Assembly (NCBI GenBank): GCA_049285595.1
Contig: JBAQAF010000049.1
Span: 12,538-76,537, forward strand
Origin: Thermoplasmata archaeon
Lineage (GTDB): Archaea; Thermoplasmatota; Thermoplasmata; Lutacidiplasmatales; UBA184
DNA length: 64,000 nt
Direction of reading: 5' to 3'
Of the stretch, positions 17,599 to 25,774 are shown in pieces. Both the position numbers and the translations under genes were made by a program. The notes below the pieces were generated by a model, which saw nothing but the letters and a program-made list of their open reading frames with translations, had not been told where the DNA came from and made no database searches. Position 1 is the first letter of the stretch. Every line of letters begins with the position of its first letter.

Positions 17599-18071
17599 TC
17601 GATCGGCTCCGCGGCCCATCGGGCGAGCCGTTCCTGGATCCGCGTCGTGTGAGTACCCTCCCAGTAGAGGTGGCCGCACGCATCGCAGCTCCATAGGGCC
17701 ATCCCGCCCGCGGCCCGGTCGGTGGGGACCCCGTTCTCGCGGTCGGGGGTCGTGCCGATCCGATACGGGAGGAGCCGCCCGTTGCAGAGGGAACACCGCT
17801 CGAAGCGAAGGCGGTCCGGGAGCGTGGGCCAGGCCCGACGTACCGAACGCCACTGCTCGGCGAGCTGGGGGCTCGCGATCCAGAGCGATCGCGCCGCGCG
17901 ACGCGCGAGCGCTCGGTCACGAGTGAGAATCACCCGATCGTCCGCCGTGGCGCGCGCGAGGAGCGCGTCGTCGCCTAGCCCTTGGACATACAGGGTATCG
18001 CACCCCACGAATCGGAGATATCGGGCCAACCGCCCGAGCATCTCGTCCGCGAGCCACGGGGGGACGGTCAC
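17595..18071 (-). CDS. Mut7-C (DUF82) PIN-like RNase domain protein with C-terminal zinc ribbon
   Basis: WLADEMLGRLARYLRFVGCDT...VILTRDRAL...RCSLCNGRL...CDACGHLYWEGTH is the Mut7-C pattern. Confidence 0.75.
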   Translation of the reverse strand: MTVPPWLADEMLGRLARYLRFVGCDTLYVQGLGDDALLARATADDRVILTRDRALARRAARSLWIASPQLAEQWRSVRRAWPTLPDRLRFERCSLCNGRLLPYRIGTTPDRENGVPTDRAAGGMALWSCDACGHLYWEGTHTTRIQERLARWAAEPIE

Positions 18072-18154
18072 GTCCCACGGGGGGTGCTCCGGGGATTATC
18101 AGAGTTCGCCGCCCGTCTTATACGACCGTTCGTCTCCGCCCCCTCGGGCACGCC

Positions 18155-19525
18155 GTGGCGCGTCTGTTCGGCACCAACGGGATCCGAGAGATCGTCGGCG
18201 GTCCGCTGACGGCCCCGTTCGTCACCCGGGTGGCGGCAGCGATCGCCTCCCTCGTGCCGCCGGGCCGGCCGCTCGCCGTGGGCTGGGACGGGCGCACCTC
18301 GAGCCCGGCGTTCTCCCGGATCGTTTCCGCCACCTTCGCGCTTGCCGGCCATCGGGTGATCGAGCTCGGCCTCCTCCCGACCCCCGCGATCCAGTACAGC
18401 GTGCCCCGAGTCGGCGCCGGCCTCGGCCTCATCGTGACGGCGTCCCACAACCCCCCCGAGTTCAACGGGGTCAAGTGCATCGCCGCCGACGGTCTCGAAG
18501 TCTCCCGAGAGTTTGAGGAATCGATCGAGGCCGCCGTCGAACGTGCGGTCACCCCGTCGGTCCCGTTCGATCATGTCGGTGAGATCGCCTCCGACTCCCT
18601 CGGCGGTGCCCGCTACCTCGAAGGAATCCTCGACCGGGTCGATCGCGCCCGGATCGCCGCACGGAAGTTCACGGTCGTCCTCGACTGTGCCAACGGGGCG
18701 TCGGTGGTGACGAGCCCGACGCTCCTGCGCCGGCTCGGCTGCCGGGTCGTCACGATCAACGGGCAGGTCGACGGAACCTTCCCCGGGCACTTCCCGGAAC
18801 CGACCGAGACGAACCTCATTGACCTGAAGCGCACGGTGTCGAGCGTGGGGGCCGACCTCGGGATCGCGCACGACGGGGATGCCGATCGCGCGGTCTACGT
18901 CGACGCCACCGGTCGGTACGTTCCCGGGGAGGAGATGCTCGCCCTGCTCGCCAAAGATGCGGTCGAACGGCATCACGGCGGGGTGGTCGTCACCTCGATC
19001 TCCTCTCCGCAATCGATCGAGGACGCCATCCGGCCGCTGGGCGGCACGGTGGAGTACACCCGGGTCGGCTCTCCCGCGATCTCGCATGCCATGAAGCGGA
19101 CGGGCGCCGTGTTCGGCGGCGAAGACAACGGGGGGCTCATCTTCCCCGAGTTCCAGCTCGCGCGGGATGGGGCGATGAGCGTCGCGGCGACCCTCGACCT
19201 GATCGCCCGGGCCGGTCGCCCGTTCCCCGAGCTGCTCCGCGAGCTCCCGCACTACGCCCTCGTCAAGGAGAAAATCGCCTGCCCGGTCGCTGCGCGCGAC
19301 GCGGTGCTCGCTCGGGTGACGGAGGCGCTCACGACCGGGGCGGATCGGGTCCTCACGCTCGATGGACTCAAGGTGTACCGGGACGGAGGGTGGGTCCTCG
19401 TCCGCCCCTCCGGCACCGAACCGTTGCTCCGGGTGATCGCCGAGGCGAAGGAGCCCGCGATCGCCCGCCAGCTCGCGGAGCGGACGCTCGCGACGCTGCG
19501 GGACGCGATCGCCGCGCCCCCGTAA
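18155..19525 (+). CDS. glmM: Phosphoglucosamine/phosphohexose mutase (alpha-D-phosphohexomutase family)
   Basis: LFGTNGIRE is present, as is the active-site loop TASHNPPEFNGVK and the metal loop HDGDADR. The start is GTG, with a CTTATAC patch about 32 nt upstream. Confidence 0.85.
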   Translation: MARLFGTNGIREIVGGPLTAPFVTRVAAAIASLVPPGRPLAVGWDGRTSSPAFSRIVSATFALAGHRVIELGLLPTPAIQYSVPRVGAGLGLIVTASHNPPEFNGVKCIAADGLEVSREFEESIEAAVERAVTPSVPFDHVGEIASDSLGGARYLEGILDRVDRARIAARKFTVVLDCANGASVVTSPTLLRRLGCRVVTINGQVDGTFPGHFPEPTETNLIDLKRTVSSVGADLGIAHDGDADRAVYVDATGRYVPGEEMLALLAKDAVERHHGGVVVTSISSPQSIEDAIRPLGGTVEYTRVGSPAISHAMKRTGAVFGGEDNGGLIFPEFQLARDGAMSVAATLDLIARAGRPFPELLRELPHYALVKEKIACPVAARDAVLARVTEALTTGADRVLTLDGLKVYRDGGWVLVRPSGTEPLLRVIAEAKEPAIARQLAERTLATLRDAIAAPP

Positions 19526-19537
19526 GGGGGCCGATCC

Positions 19538-19957
19538 CTAGCGGATCAACGGGCCCAGGACGAACAGCCCGAACAGTAGCAGCAGGAGGACGGTCAGCGT
19601 GATCGCGGTCATCGTCCGCTCGCCCCCGCGCCGGAAATAGTAGAGGCCGGGGAGCACCCGGAAGATCGGCGTCGCGACCAGCAGGAGGATGCCGAGCGTC
19701 AGGAACGCGACGGGGGAACCGGCCTCGAGGCCGCGGAGGAACCCCGCCGCGCTGAGGAACGGCCGCCAGGTCACGGGAGCGGACGACTCCCAGGCTGCGC
19801 CCGGGTGGATCGCCAGGTACGCGATCAGGGCGGCCAGGAAGACGGTGAGGGAGAGCGCGAGCCCGACCCGGAGGACGAGCGCCATCCGGAGGTACGCCGG
19901 ATCCGGGAGCCGGCCCGGCGCCGGGGGAACGCTCGGGGACGGCGAACGGCCGGTCAC
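19538..19957 (-). CDS. DUF1634-family membrane protein
   Basis: It is a small multi-TM protein directly downstream of the TauE gene with a 4-nt overlap, which is the usual DUF81-DUF1634 pairing. The start may instead be the internal MALVLRV. Confidence 0.6.
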   Translation of the reverse strand: MTGRSPSPSVPPAPGRLPDPAYLRMALVLRVGLALSLTVFLAALIAYLAIHPGAAWESSAPVTWRPFLSAAGFLRGLEAGSPVAFLTLGILLLVATPIFRVLPGLYYFRRGGERTMTAITLTVLLLLLFGLFVLGPLIR

Positions 19958-20805
19958 GGGAGTCCGACCCCCCGGAGGATCGTCTCGACCGCGAGCACGG
20001 CGATCACCGGTAGGAACAGGTACCTCACCGTCTGGTTCCTCAGGCCCGGGAGGATCCGGCTGCCGAGCAACGCCCCGGCCGTCGTCCCGAGCGCCGCGGG
20101 GGCGGCGATGAGCGGGTCGACGTACCCCGCCGCGAGCAGGACGCCGGCCCCGGCCGCGGCCGTCACCCCGATCATGAAGTTGCTCGTCGCGGTGGCGACC
20201 TTCATCGGAAGCCGAAGGTAATGCTCCATCGAGATCACCTTGAAGACGCCGCCTCCGAGACCGAACATTCCCGAGACGAGGCCGGCGCCGAACGCCACCC
20301 CCAGCGCCGGGGTCGTCCGCTCCGCTTCGTACGCGACCGATCGCCCTTGCTCGTCCACGTAGGAGCCCACCAGCCCGAGACCGCGCGAGCGGGCGTCAGG
20401 GTGCGCCGCTTCGTTCGGGTCGCGCCGACCCCGGCGGAGCGCTCCCGGGATCGTCGCCAGCAGGACCGCTCCGAGAGCGATCAGCAGCGCCCGGTCGAGG
20501 TCGGCGTGGGTCAGGAACACCGTCAGGCTCGCGCCGATAAGCGCGCCGGGCACGGTGGCGATCTCTAGGAACATCCCGATCCGAAGGTCGGAGAGTCGTT
20601 CTCGAAGGTACGCCGCCCCCGTCGTCGTGGACGTCGCGAGCACGGTGATGAGCCCGGCTCCGGCCGCCTCCGGGAACGGCGTGCCGAATCCGATGAGGAG
20701 GACCGGGATCATCACGACCGCGCCCCCGAGCCCCGTGAGCGAGCCGATCAGGCCCGCGGCTACCCCGGTCAGGAGGAGGAGGAGCACGAAGACGAGCAGT
20801 TCCAC
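19954..20805 (-). CDS. TauE/SafE (DUF81) family anion exporter
   Basis: It is a polytopic membrane protein containing GLIGSLTGLGGAVVMIPVLL and a second repeat GMFGLGGGVFKV. The N-terminal extension of track ORF 19954..20943 is Arg/Pro-rich junk, so the GTG at 20805 (VELLVFVLLLL) is preferred. Confidence 0.7.
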   Translation of the reverse strand: MELLVFVLLLLLTGVAAGLIGSLTGLGGAVVMIPVLLIGFGTPFPEAAGAGLITVLATSTTTGAAYLRERLSDLRIGMFLEIATVPGALIGASLTVFLTHADLDRALLIALGAVLLATIPGALRRGRRDPNEAAHPDARSRGLGLVGSYVDEQGRSVAYEAERTTPALGVAFGAGLVSGMFGLGGGVFKVISMEHYLRLPMKVATATSNFMIGVTAAAGAGVLLAAGYVDPLIAAPAALGTTAGALLGSRILPGLRNQTVRYLFLPVIAVLAVETILRGVGLP

Positions 20806-21050
20806 GGGGTTCGGTACACGGACGCTCGGAAAAGCCCGCTGGGCGGGGAGCGACGACCTTCGAGCGCCCGGCAACCCTGAAAGGCGGCGAGGGCTCCCGA
20901 GCGCGGGGTTCGATCCTGCAGCCGCGAGGAGACCGGGTCGCATTTGGCGCGCCCGGCATCGAGCCCCGCTGGTCGCACAGCAACAAGGACGGGGTCGGCA
21001 CGGCGTACTCCGCCGACGCGCGGCTCTGGTTCACGCTCTGGCGCGGCATC

Positions 21051-23354
21051 GTGACCGAGGTGTACTTCCCGATGATCGACCAGCCGCAGCTGCGCGACCT
21101 CCAGTTCCTCGTGAGCGACGGGGCGACGTTCGTCCACGAGGAACGTCGGCAGATGCGCACCACGACGGTTCGGCCGACCGCCCGGGCGCTCGGCTACTCG
21201 GTCACGAGCGAGGACCCGGACGGCCGGTACCGGATCTCGAAGACGGTGCTCGGGGACCCGCACCAGCCGTGCCTGCTGCTGCGGACCCGGGTCGAGGTCG
21301 GCCCCGCGCTGGCGGGACGACTTCGCCTCTTCGTGCTGGCCGCACCGCACTTGGGCGTGGGAGGGTGGGGGAACCGCGGGACGGTCTACGACCTCCTCGG
21401 GCATCCGTTGCTCGCCGCCGAGAAGGACGGGGTCGCGTTGGTCCTCGCCGCGTCGATCCCCTGGAGTCGTTGCTCGGTCGGGTACGTCGGAGCGAGCGAC
21501 GGATGGTCCGATCTCGCCCAGCATCGTTCCCTCGACTGGGAGTTCGACCGGGCCCCCGACGGCAACATCGCGCTCACCGGCGAGCTCCCCGTAGGCGCCA
21601 CGACGGAGTTCACGATCGGCCTCGCGTTCGGAGAGTCGATCGAGTCGGCGGCGACCACCCTGCTGCAATCGCTCGCGACCCCGTTCGAGGTCCACCATCG
21701 CCGGTTCATCGAGCAATGGAACCGCACCTCGACGCGCGAACTGCCGCTCGCCGACCGATCGGGCGACGGAGGGAAGCTCCTGCGCGCGAGCCACTCGATC
21801 CTGCTCGCGCACGAGGACAAGGTCTACCCGGGGGCGTTCATCGCCTCCCTCTCCATTCCTTGGGGGTCGAAGAAGACCGATAGCGACCGGGGCGGCTACC
21901 ATCTCGTTTGGACCCGGGACCTGGTCGCCACCGCGAGTGCGCTCTTCGCGGTCGGCTCGCCCGACGCCTCCCGCCGGGCGCTCATTTACCTCGCCGCCCG
22001 GCAGCGGCCGGACGGCGGATTCCCCCAGAACTTCTGGGTCGATGGGACGCCGTACTGGCAGGGGATCCAGCTCGACGAGGTCGCGCTGCCGATCCTCCTC
22101 GCTGCCCGGCTCAAGGAGGCCCGTGAGCTCGGGGAGTTCGACCCGGACCCGCTCGTCCGCCGGGCGGTCCGATTCCTCATCCACGCCGGACCGGCGACGC
22201 AGCAGGACCGCTGGGAGGAGGTCGGCGGGTATTCCCCCTCCACGCTCGCCGCGACGATCGCGGCCCTGACGGTCGGCGCCGGGTTCGCGCGGGTCCACTC
22301 CGATCCGGTGACGGCCGAGTTCATTCATGCGTACGCCGATTTCCTCGAGGCGCGCGTCGAGCGGTGGACCGTCACGACGACGGGAACGCTCGTTCCCGGG
22401 ATCCCTCGGCACTACGTCCGCATCCGGCCGGCCCAGATCGACGAGCCGACCCCGGACGAAGGCTCCGACCTCGGGTCCGTGGAGCTTCCCAACATCCCCC
22501 CGGGCGAGCCCCGTCGATTCCCGGCGGGCGAGATCGTGGACGGCGGATTCCTCGATCTCGTGCGCTACGGTCTCCGACGTCCGGACGACCCCCTGATCGT
22601 CCACAGCGTCGAGGTCGTGGACCGGATCCTTCGGGTCGAGACCCCGTTCGGTCCGGTCTGGCGGCGGTACAACCACGACGGCTACGGTGAGACGGCCGAC
22701 GGGCAGGCGTACCTCGGCTGGGGCGTCGGTCGGGCGTGGCCTCTCCTCGTCGGCGAGCGGGGACACTACGAGCTCGCCGCGGGGCGCGACCCGACGCCCC
22801 AGCTCGACACCCTCGAGCGGATCGCGACCACGAACGGTCTCCTCCCCGAGCAGGTGTGGGACGGACCGAACCGACCGGAGCTTCACCTCGAGCTCGGCCG
22901 TCCGACCGAGGCGGCGATGCCGCTCGCCTGGGCGCACTCGGAGTACGTGAAGCTGTTGCGCTCGGCGAGCGATCGGGTCGTCTTCGACCGGGAGCCGGCC
23001 GTGGCGGAGCGGTACCTCGGACGGGACCGGCCCCACCGGCCGCTCGAGATCTGGAAGTTCAACCGTCAACCCGCGACGATCGCACCGGACGCGCCGCTGC
23101 GCGTCATCGCGAACCGGCCGTTCCGCCTGCACGCGAGCTCGGACGGATGGCGGACGTTGAGCGATCGGGACGCGATCGCCACTCGGCTCGGCCTCCACTT
23201 CGTCGACCTGGAGCCGCTGGACCGACCCGGCCTGGCCTGGCGGTTCACGTTCTACTGGCCCGAAGCCGACCGCTGGGAAGGGGCCGACTTCGTCGTGCGG
23301 GCCGCGGCCGAGGCGGGCGTTCCGTTCACTCCACCCGGAGCCAGCGGGCACTGA
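21051..23354 (+). CDS. Glycoside hydrolase family 15 glucoamylase/trehalase-like enzyme (N-terminal beta-sandwich plus (alpha/alpha)6 catalytic domain)
   Basis: EVYFPMIDQPQLRDLQFLV...GGYHLVWTRD...WEEVGGYSPSTLAA...GLLPEQVWD is the GH15 pattern. GTG 21051 is the first canonical start, but conserved GH15 N-terminal sequence continues in frame upstream (see findings). Confidence 0.85.
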   Translation: MTEVYFPMIDQPQLRDLQFLVSDGATFVHEERRQMRTTTVRPTARALGYSVTSEDPDGRYRISKTVLGDPHQPCLLLRTRVEVGPALAGRLRLFVLAAPHLGVGGWGNRGTVYDLLGHPLLAAEKDGVALVLAASIPWSRCSVGYVGASDGWSDLAQHRSLDWEFDRAPDGNIALTGELPVGATTEFTIGLAFGESIESAATTLLQSLATPFEVHHRRFIEQWNRTSTRELPLADRSGDGGKLLRASHSILLAHEDKVYPGAFIASLSIPWGSKKTDSDRGGYHLVWTRDLVATASALFAVGSPDASRRALIYLAARQRPDGGFPQNFWVDGTPYWQGIQLDEVALPILLAARLKEARELGEFDPDPLVRRAVRFLIHAGPATQQDRWEEVGGYSPSTLAATIAALTVGAGFARVHSDPVTAEFIHAYADFLEARVERWTVTTTGTLVPGIPRHYVRIRPAQIDEPTPDEGSDLGSVELPNIPPGEPRRFPAGEIVDGGFLDLVRYGLRRPDDPLIVHSVEVVDRILRVETPFGPVWRRYNHDGYGETADGQAYLGWGVGRAWPLLVGERGHYELAAGRDPTPQLDTLERIATTNGLLPEQVWDGPNRPELHLELGRPTEAAMPLAWAHSEYVKLLRSASDRVVFDREPAVAERYLGRDRPHRPLEIWKFNRQPATIAPDAPLRVIANRPFRLHASSDGWRTLSDRDAIATRLGLHFVDLEPLDRPGLAWRFTFYWPEADRWEGADFVVRAAAEAGVPFTPPGASGH

Positions 23355-24093
23355 CGAAGTAGCCGACGACGAGCCCGATGACCCCGAAGCCCACGATGAT
23401 GCCAAAGTAGCTCCACGGGATCGCCTCGCCGAGAACGAACGCCCTTCCGAGCAGCGCCGAGTAGGTGATCGGGTTGAGGTCCGAGATGTACCTCATCCAG
23501 GTAGGGAACCCCGGGGTCGGCACCAGGGCCGCGCTCGCGAACATGAACGGCATCGTGACGAAATTGGCGAGCACCGCGGGGGTTTGCCAATCGGTCGAGG
23601 GGGCCGTGACGGCGAGGAACAGGCTCGAGAAGCCCATCGCCAGGAAGAACAACATGACGCCCCAGGCGGCCCACTCGAGCGGCGTCACGTGCCCGAAGTC
23701 GACCCCCCAGACGTACGCCGCGACCAGCATGACCGGGATCTGAACGAGACCCCGCGTCGCCGAACCGAGGGTCTTCGAGAGGAAGATCACCTCCTTGGTC
23801 GTCGGCGTGATCAGGATGCGCTTCATGAAACCGAATCGCTTGTCCTGGATCGTGCTCATCGCGCCGAACATGCCGACCGAGAGCATCGAGGTCGAGAGCA
23901 CCCCCGGCAACAGGAACGCGATGTACCCTTCTCCGCCGAATTCGCCCGGTACCTGCGAGGCGACGTGGGACCATGCGGACCCGAAGAACGTGAGCCACAT
24001 GAACGGCTGGACGAGCGTCAGGAGCAGGACGAGCGGGTTACGGAACGTCCGAAGGATCTCGCGGGAGTAGAGACCCCAGAACTGGCTCCTCAC
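23326..24093 (-). CDS. ABC-2 type transporter permease
   Basis: The GTG at 24093 overlaps the ATPase stop (GTGA). The protein starts VRSQFWGLYSREILRTFRNPLVLLLTLVQP and has 6 predicted TM segments typical of ABC-2 exporters. Confidence 0.8.
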   Translation of the reverse strand: MRSQFWGLYSREILRTFRNPLVLLLTLVQPFMWLTFFGSAWSHVASQVPGEFGGEGYIAFLLPGVLSTSMLSVGMFGAMSTIQDKRFGFMKRILITPTTKEVIFLSKTLGSATRGLVQIPVMLVAAYVWGVDFGHVTPLEWAAWGVMLFFLAMGFSSLFLAVTAPSTDWQTPAVLANFVTMPFMFASAALVPTPGFPTWMRYISDLNPITYSALLGRAFVLGEAIPWSYFGIIVGFGVIGLVVGYFVSARWLRVE

Positions 24094-25085
24094 AGGCGCA
24101 ACCTCTTCATCTGCTGGTAGAATTTGCGAATATCGCGGATCGATTCCGCCTGGGCCATCCGCCGTCCGGTCAGCTGCAAGAAGACGGTCTCCAGGCTCGG
24201 CTTTTCCACGCTGATCCGCCGGAGCCGTTCGGCGGGGACGGCCGAGAGGAGCCGCGGGAGGAACTCCTCCGACGAGTCGACCCGAAGGATCCAGCCGGTC
24301 CCCTGCGAGCGGCACTCCTGGACGCCCGGCAGCCGGCCGATCGCCTCCGCGTCCGTTCCGTCCGAGAGCGTCAGCTCCACGATGTCGGCCTTGACGCGGG
24401 CTTTGAGCTCCGTCGGGGTGCCGTCGGCGATGATCTTTCCCTGGTCGATGATGGCGATCCGGTCGCAGAGCGCGTCCGCCTCCTCGATGTAGTGCGTCGT
24501 GAGGAGCACCGTGACGCCGAACTCCCGGTGGATCCCGGTCACGATGTCCCAGAGCATCCGGCGCGTACCGACGTCGAGCCCGATCGTCGGCTCGTCCATG
24601 AAGATCACCATCGGCTGGTGGAGCAGCGCGAGCGCGATCTCGAGCTTCTTTCGCATCCCGGTCGAGTAGGTGCTCACCTTGTCGTTCTTCCGATCGGAGA
24701 GCTCGAAGTAGGCGAGCAGCTCGTTCGCGCGTTCCTCCCAGTCGGTGAGGTCCTGGAGCTGGGCCTGAAGTCGAAGGTTCTCCCAGCCGCTGAAATCGTC
24801 GTCGAGGATCACTTCCGCCGCGACCCATCCGATCCGGGCCCGGACCTTCAGGGACTCCCGACGGACGTCGAAGCCGGCGACACTCGCGGACCCCTCGGTG
24901 AGGGGGCTGATCCCGGTCAGGATCTTGATGATCGTCGTCTTCCCCGCGCCGTTCGGCCCGAGCAGCCCGAAGACGGTTCCCTTCGGGATCGAGAGGCTCA
25001 CGTGGTTCAGGGCGAGTACGCTGTGCTCGCCGTGCCCGTACCGCTTGGAAACATCGTGCAACTCGATCGCATCCGAGCTCGCCAT
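24090..25085 (-). CDS. ABC transporter ATP-binding protein (ABC-2/DrrA-like)
   Basis: The true start is MASSDAIELHDV at 25085. Walker A is GPNGAGKTT, the signature is YSTGMRKKL and Walker B is VIFMDEPTIGLD. Confidence 0.9.
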   Translation of the reverse strand: MASSDAIELHDVSKRYGHGEHSVLALNHVSLSIPKGTVFGLLGPNGAGKTTIIKILTGISPLTEGSASVAGFDVRRESLKVRARIGWVAAEVILDDDFSGWENLRLQAQLQDLTDWEERANELLAYFELSDRKNDKVSTYSTGMRKKLEIALALLHQPMVIFMDEPTIGLDVGTRRMLWDIVTGIHREFGVTVLLTTHYIEEADALCDRIAIIDQGKIIADGTPTELKARVKADIVELTLSDGTDAEAIGRLPGVQECRSQGTGWILRVDSSEEFLPRLLSAVPAERLRRISVEKPSLETVFLQLTGRRMAQAESIRDIRKFYQQMKRLRL

Positions 25086-25089
25086 CTCG

Positions 25090-25596
25090 CTATCTCCTCC
25101 GGGGGGCCCGGCGCGCACCCCGCGGGGCCAGGGCCAAGCGACGCTGGGCGGCGGCGAGCTCGGCGACCGCCTTCGCCCGGAAGGCGCGGTCCACCGGGCC
25201 CGTGCCGGACCCTCGCTCGACATAGTCGGCGAGCGCGCCGGTCACCCGCCGGACGCGACGCAGCATGAATTCCCCTCGGTCCCGAACGCCGACGATCTCC
25301 GCCCAGAGCACCGAGAGGTCGGGCGCCGAAGTGGGGCGACGACGCCGTGCGCGGAGCTCTCGAAGCACGCCGCGACCCCGAGGGGTGATCCGATACTCGA
25401 GCCGCCGGTCGTGGCGGACGGACCGGGCGAGGCCGCGATCGACGAGGGCGCGCAGCGCGGGGTAGATCGCACCGGGCCCCGGCTGCCATGCGCCCTCCGT
25501 CCTCTCCGCGATCTGCCGAGAGATCCGGTAGCCGTACGCGCTCCCTTCCCGATCCATGCAGGCGAGCGAGTAGAGGCCAAGGATACGGGCCGGCAT
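25090..25596 (-). CDS. PadR-family transcriptional regulator
   Basis: GYRISRQIAERTEGAWQPGPGAIYPALRALVDRGL...EYRITPRG is a PadR winged helix. It ends 4 nt before the ABC ATPase start. Confidence 0.85.
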   Translation of the reverse strand: MPARILGLYSLACMDREGSAYGYRISRQIAERTEGAWQPGPGAIYPALRALVDRGLARSVRHDRRLEYRITPRGRGVLRELRARRRRPTSAPDLSVLWAEIVGVRDRGEFMLRRVRRVTGALADYVERGSGTGPVDRAFRAKAVAELAAAQRRLALAPRGARRAPRRR

Positions 25597-25612
25597 GGCG
25601 GTTCGGGCGGGA

Positions 25613-25632
25613 CTTATCGATTTCGATATAAG
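25613..25632. promoter_or_regulatory. Imperfect inverted repeat CTTATCGA-tt-TCGATATAAG overlapping the PadR promoter TATA (candidate PadR operator)
   Basis: The palindrome was read directly in the sequence. It lies 17-36 nt upstream of the PadR ATG (25596) and contains the only AT-rich patch there. Confidence 0.45.
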
Positions 25633-25774
25633 GCCGTCGCACGGCGGTCGGACCGGGGGAATCGGATCCGTCGGACGGTGCTCGCCGGGGCGAAAACTCT
25701 CGGGGAAGTGTATTTAGCAGGCGGCCGCGCCTGTACTACTTCCGGAGTGCCCTCCGACGCTCGGAGGAGCTCGG

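Noticed and set aside
20769-23405. 878-aa minus-strand ORF opposite the glucoamylase gene.
   Set aside because: It is antisense to a gene with strong GH15 motifs, has no motifs of its own, and has the charged, Arg-rich composition typical of antisense frames.
23326-25223. Track versions of the ABC genes with long N-terminal extensions (23326..24828 as 500 aa; 24090..25223 as 377 aa).
   Set aside because: The extensions are Arg/Pro/Gly-rich and overlap the upstream gene. The conserved ABC-2 permease and ATPase sequences begin at GTG 24093 and ATG 25085, each placed right at the stop of the preceding gene.
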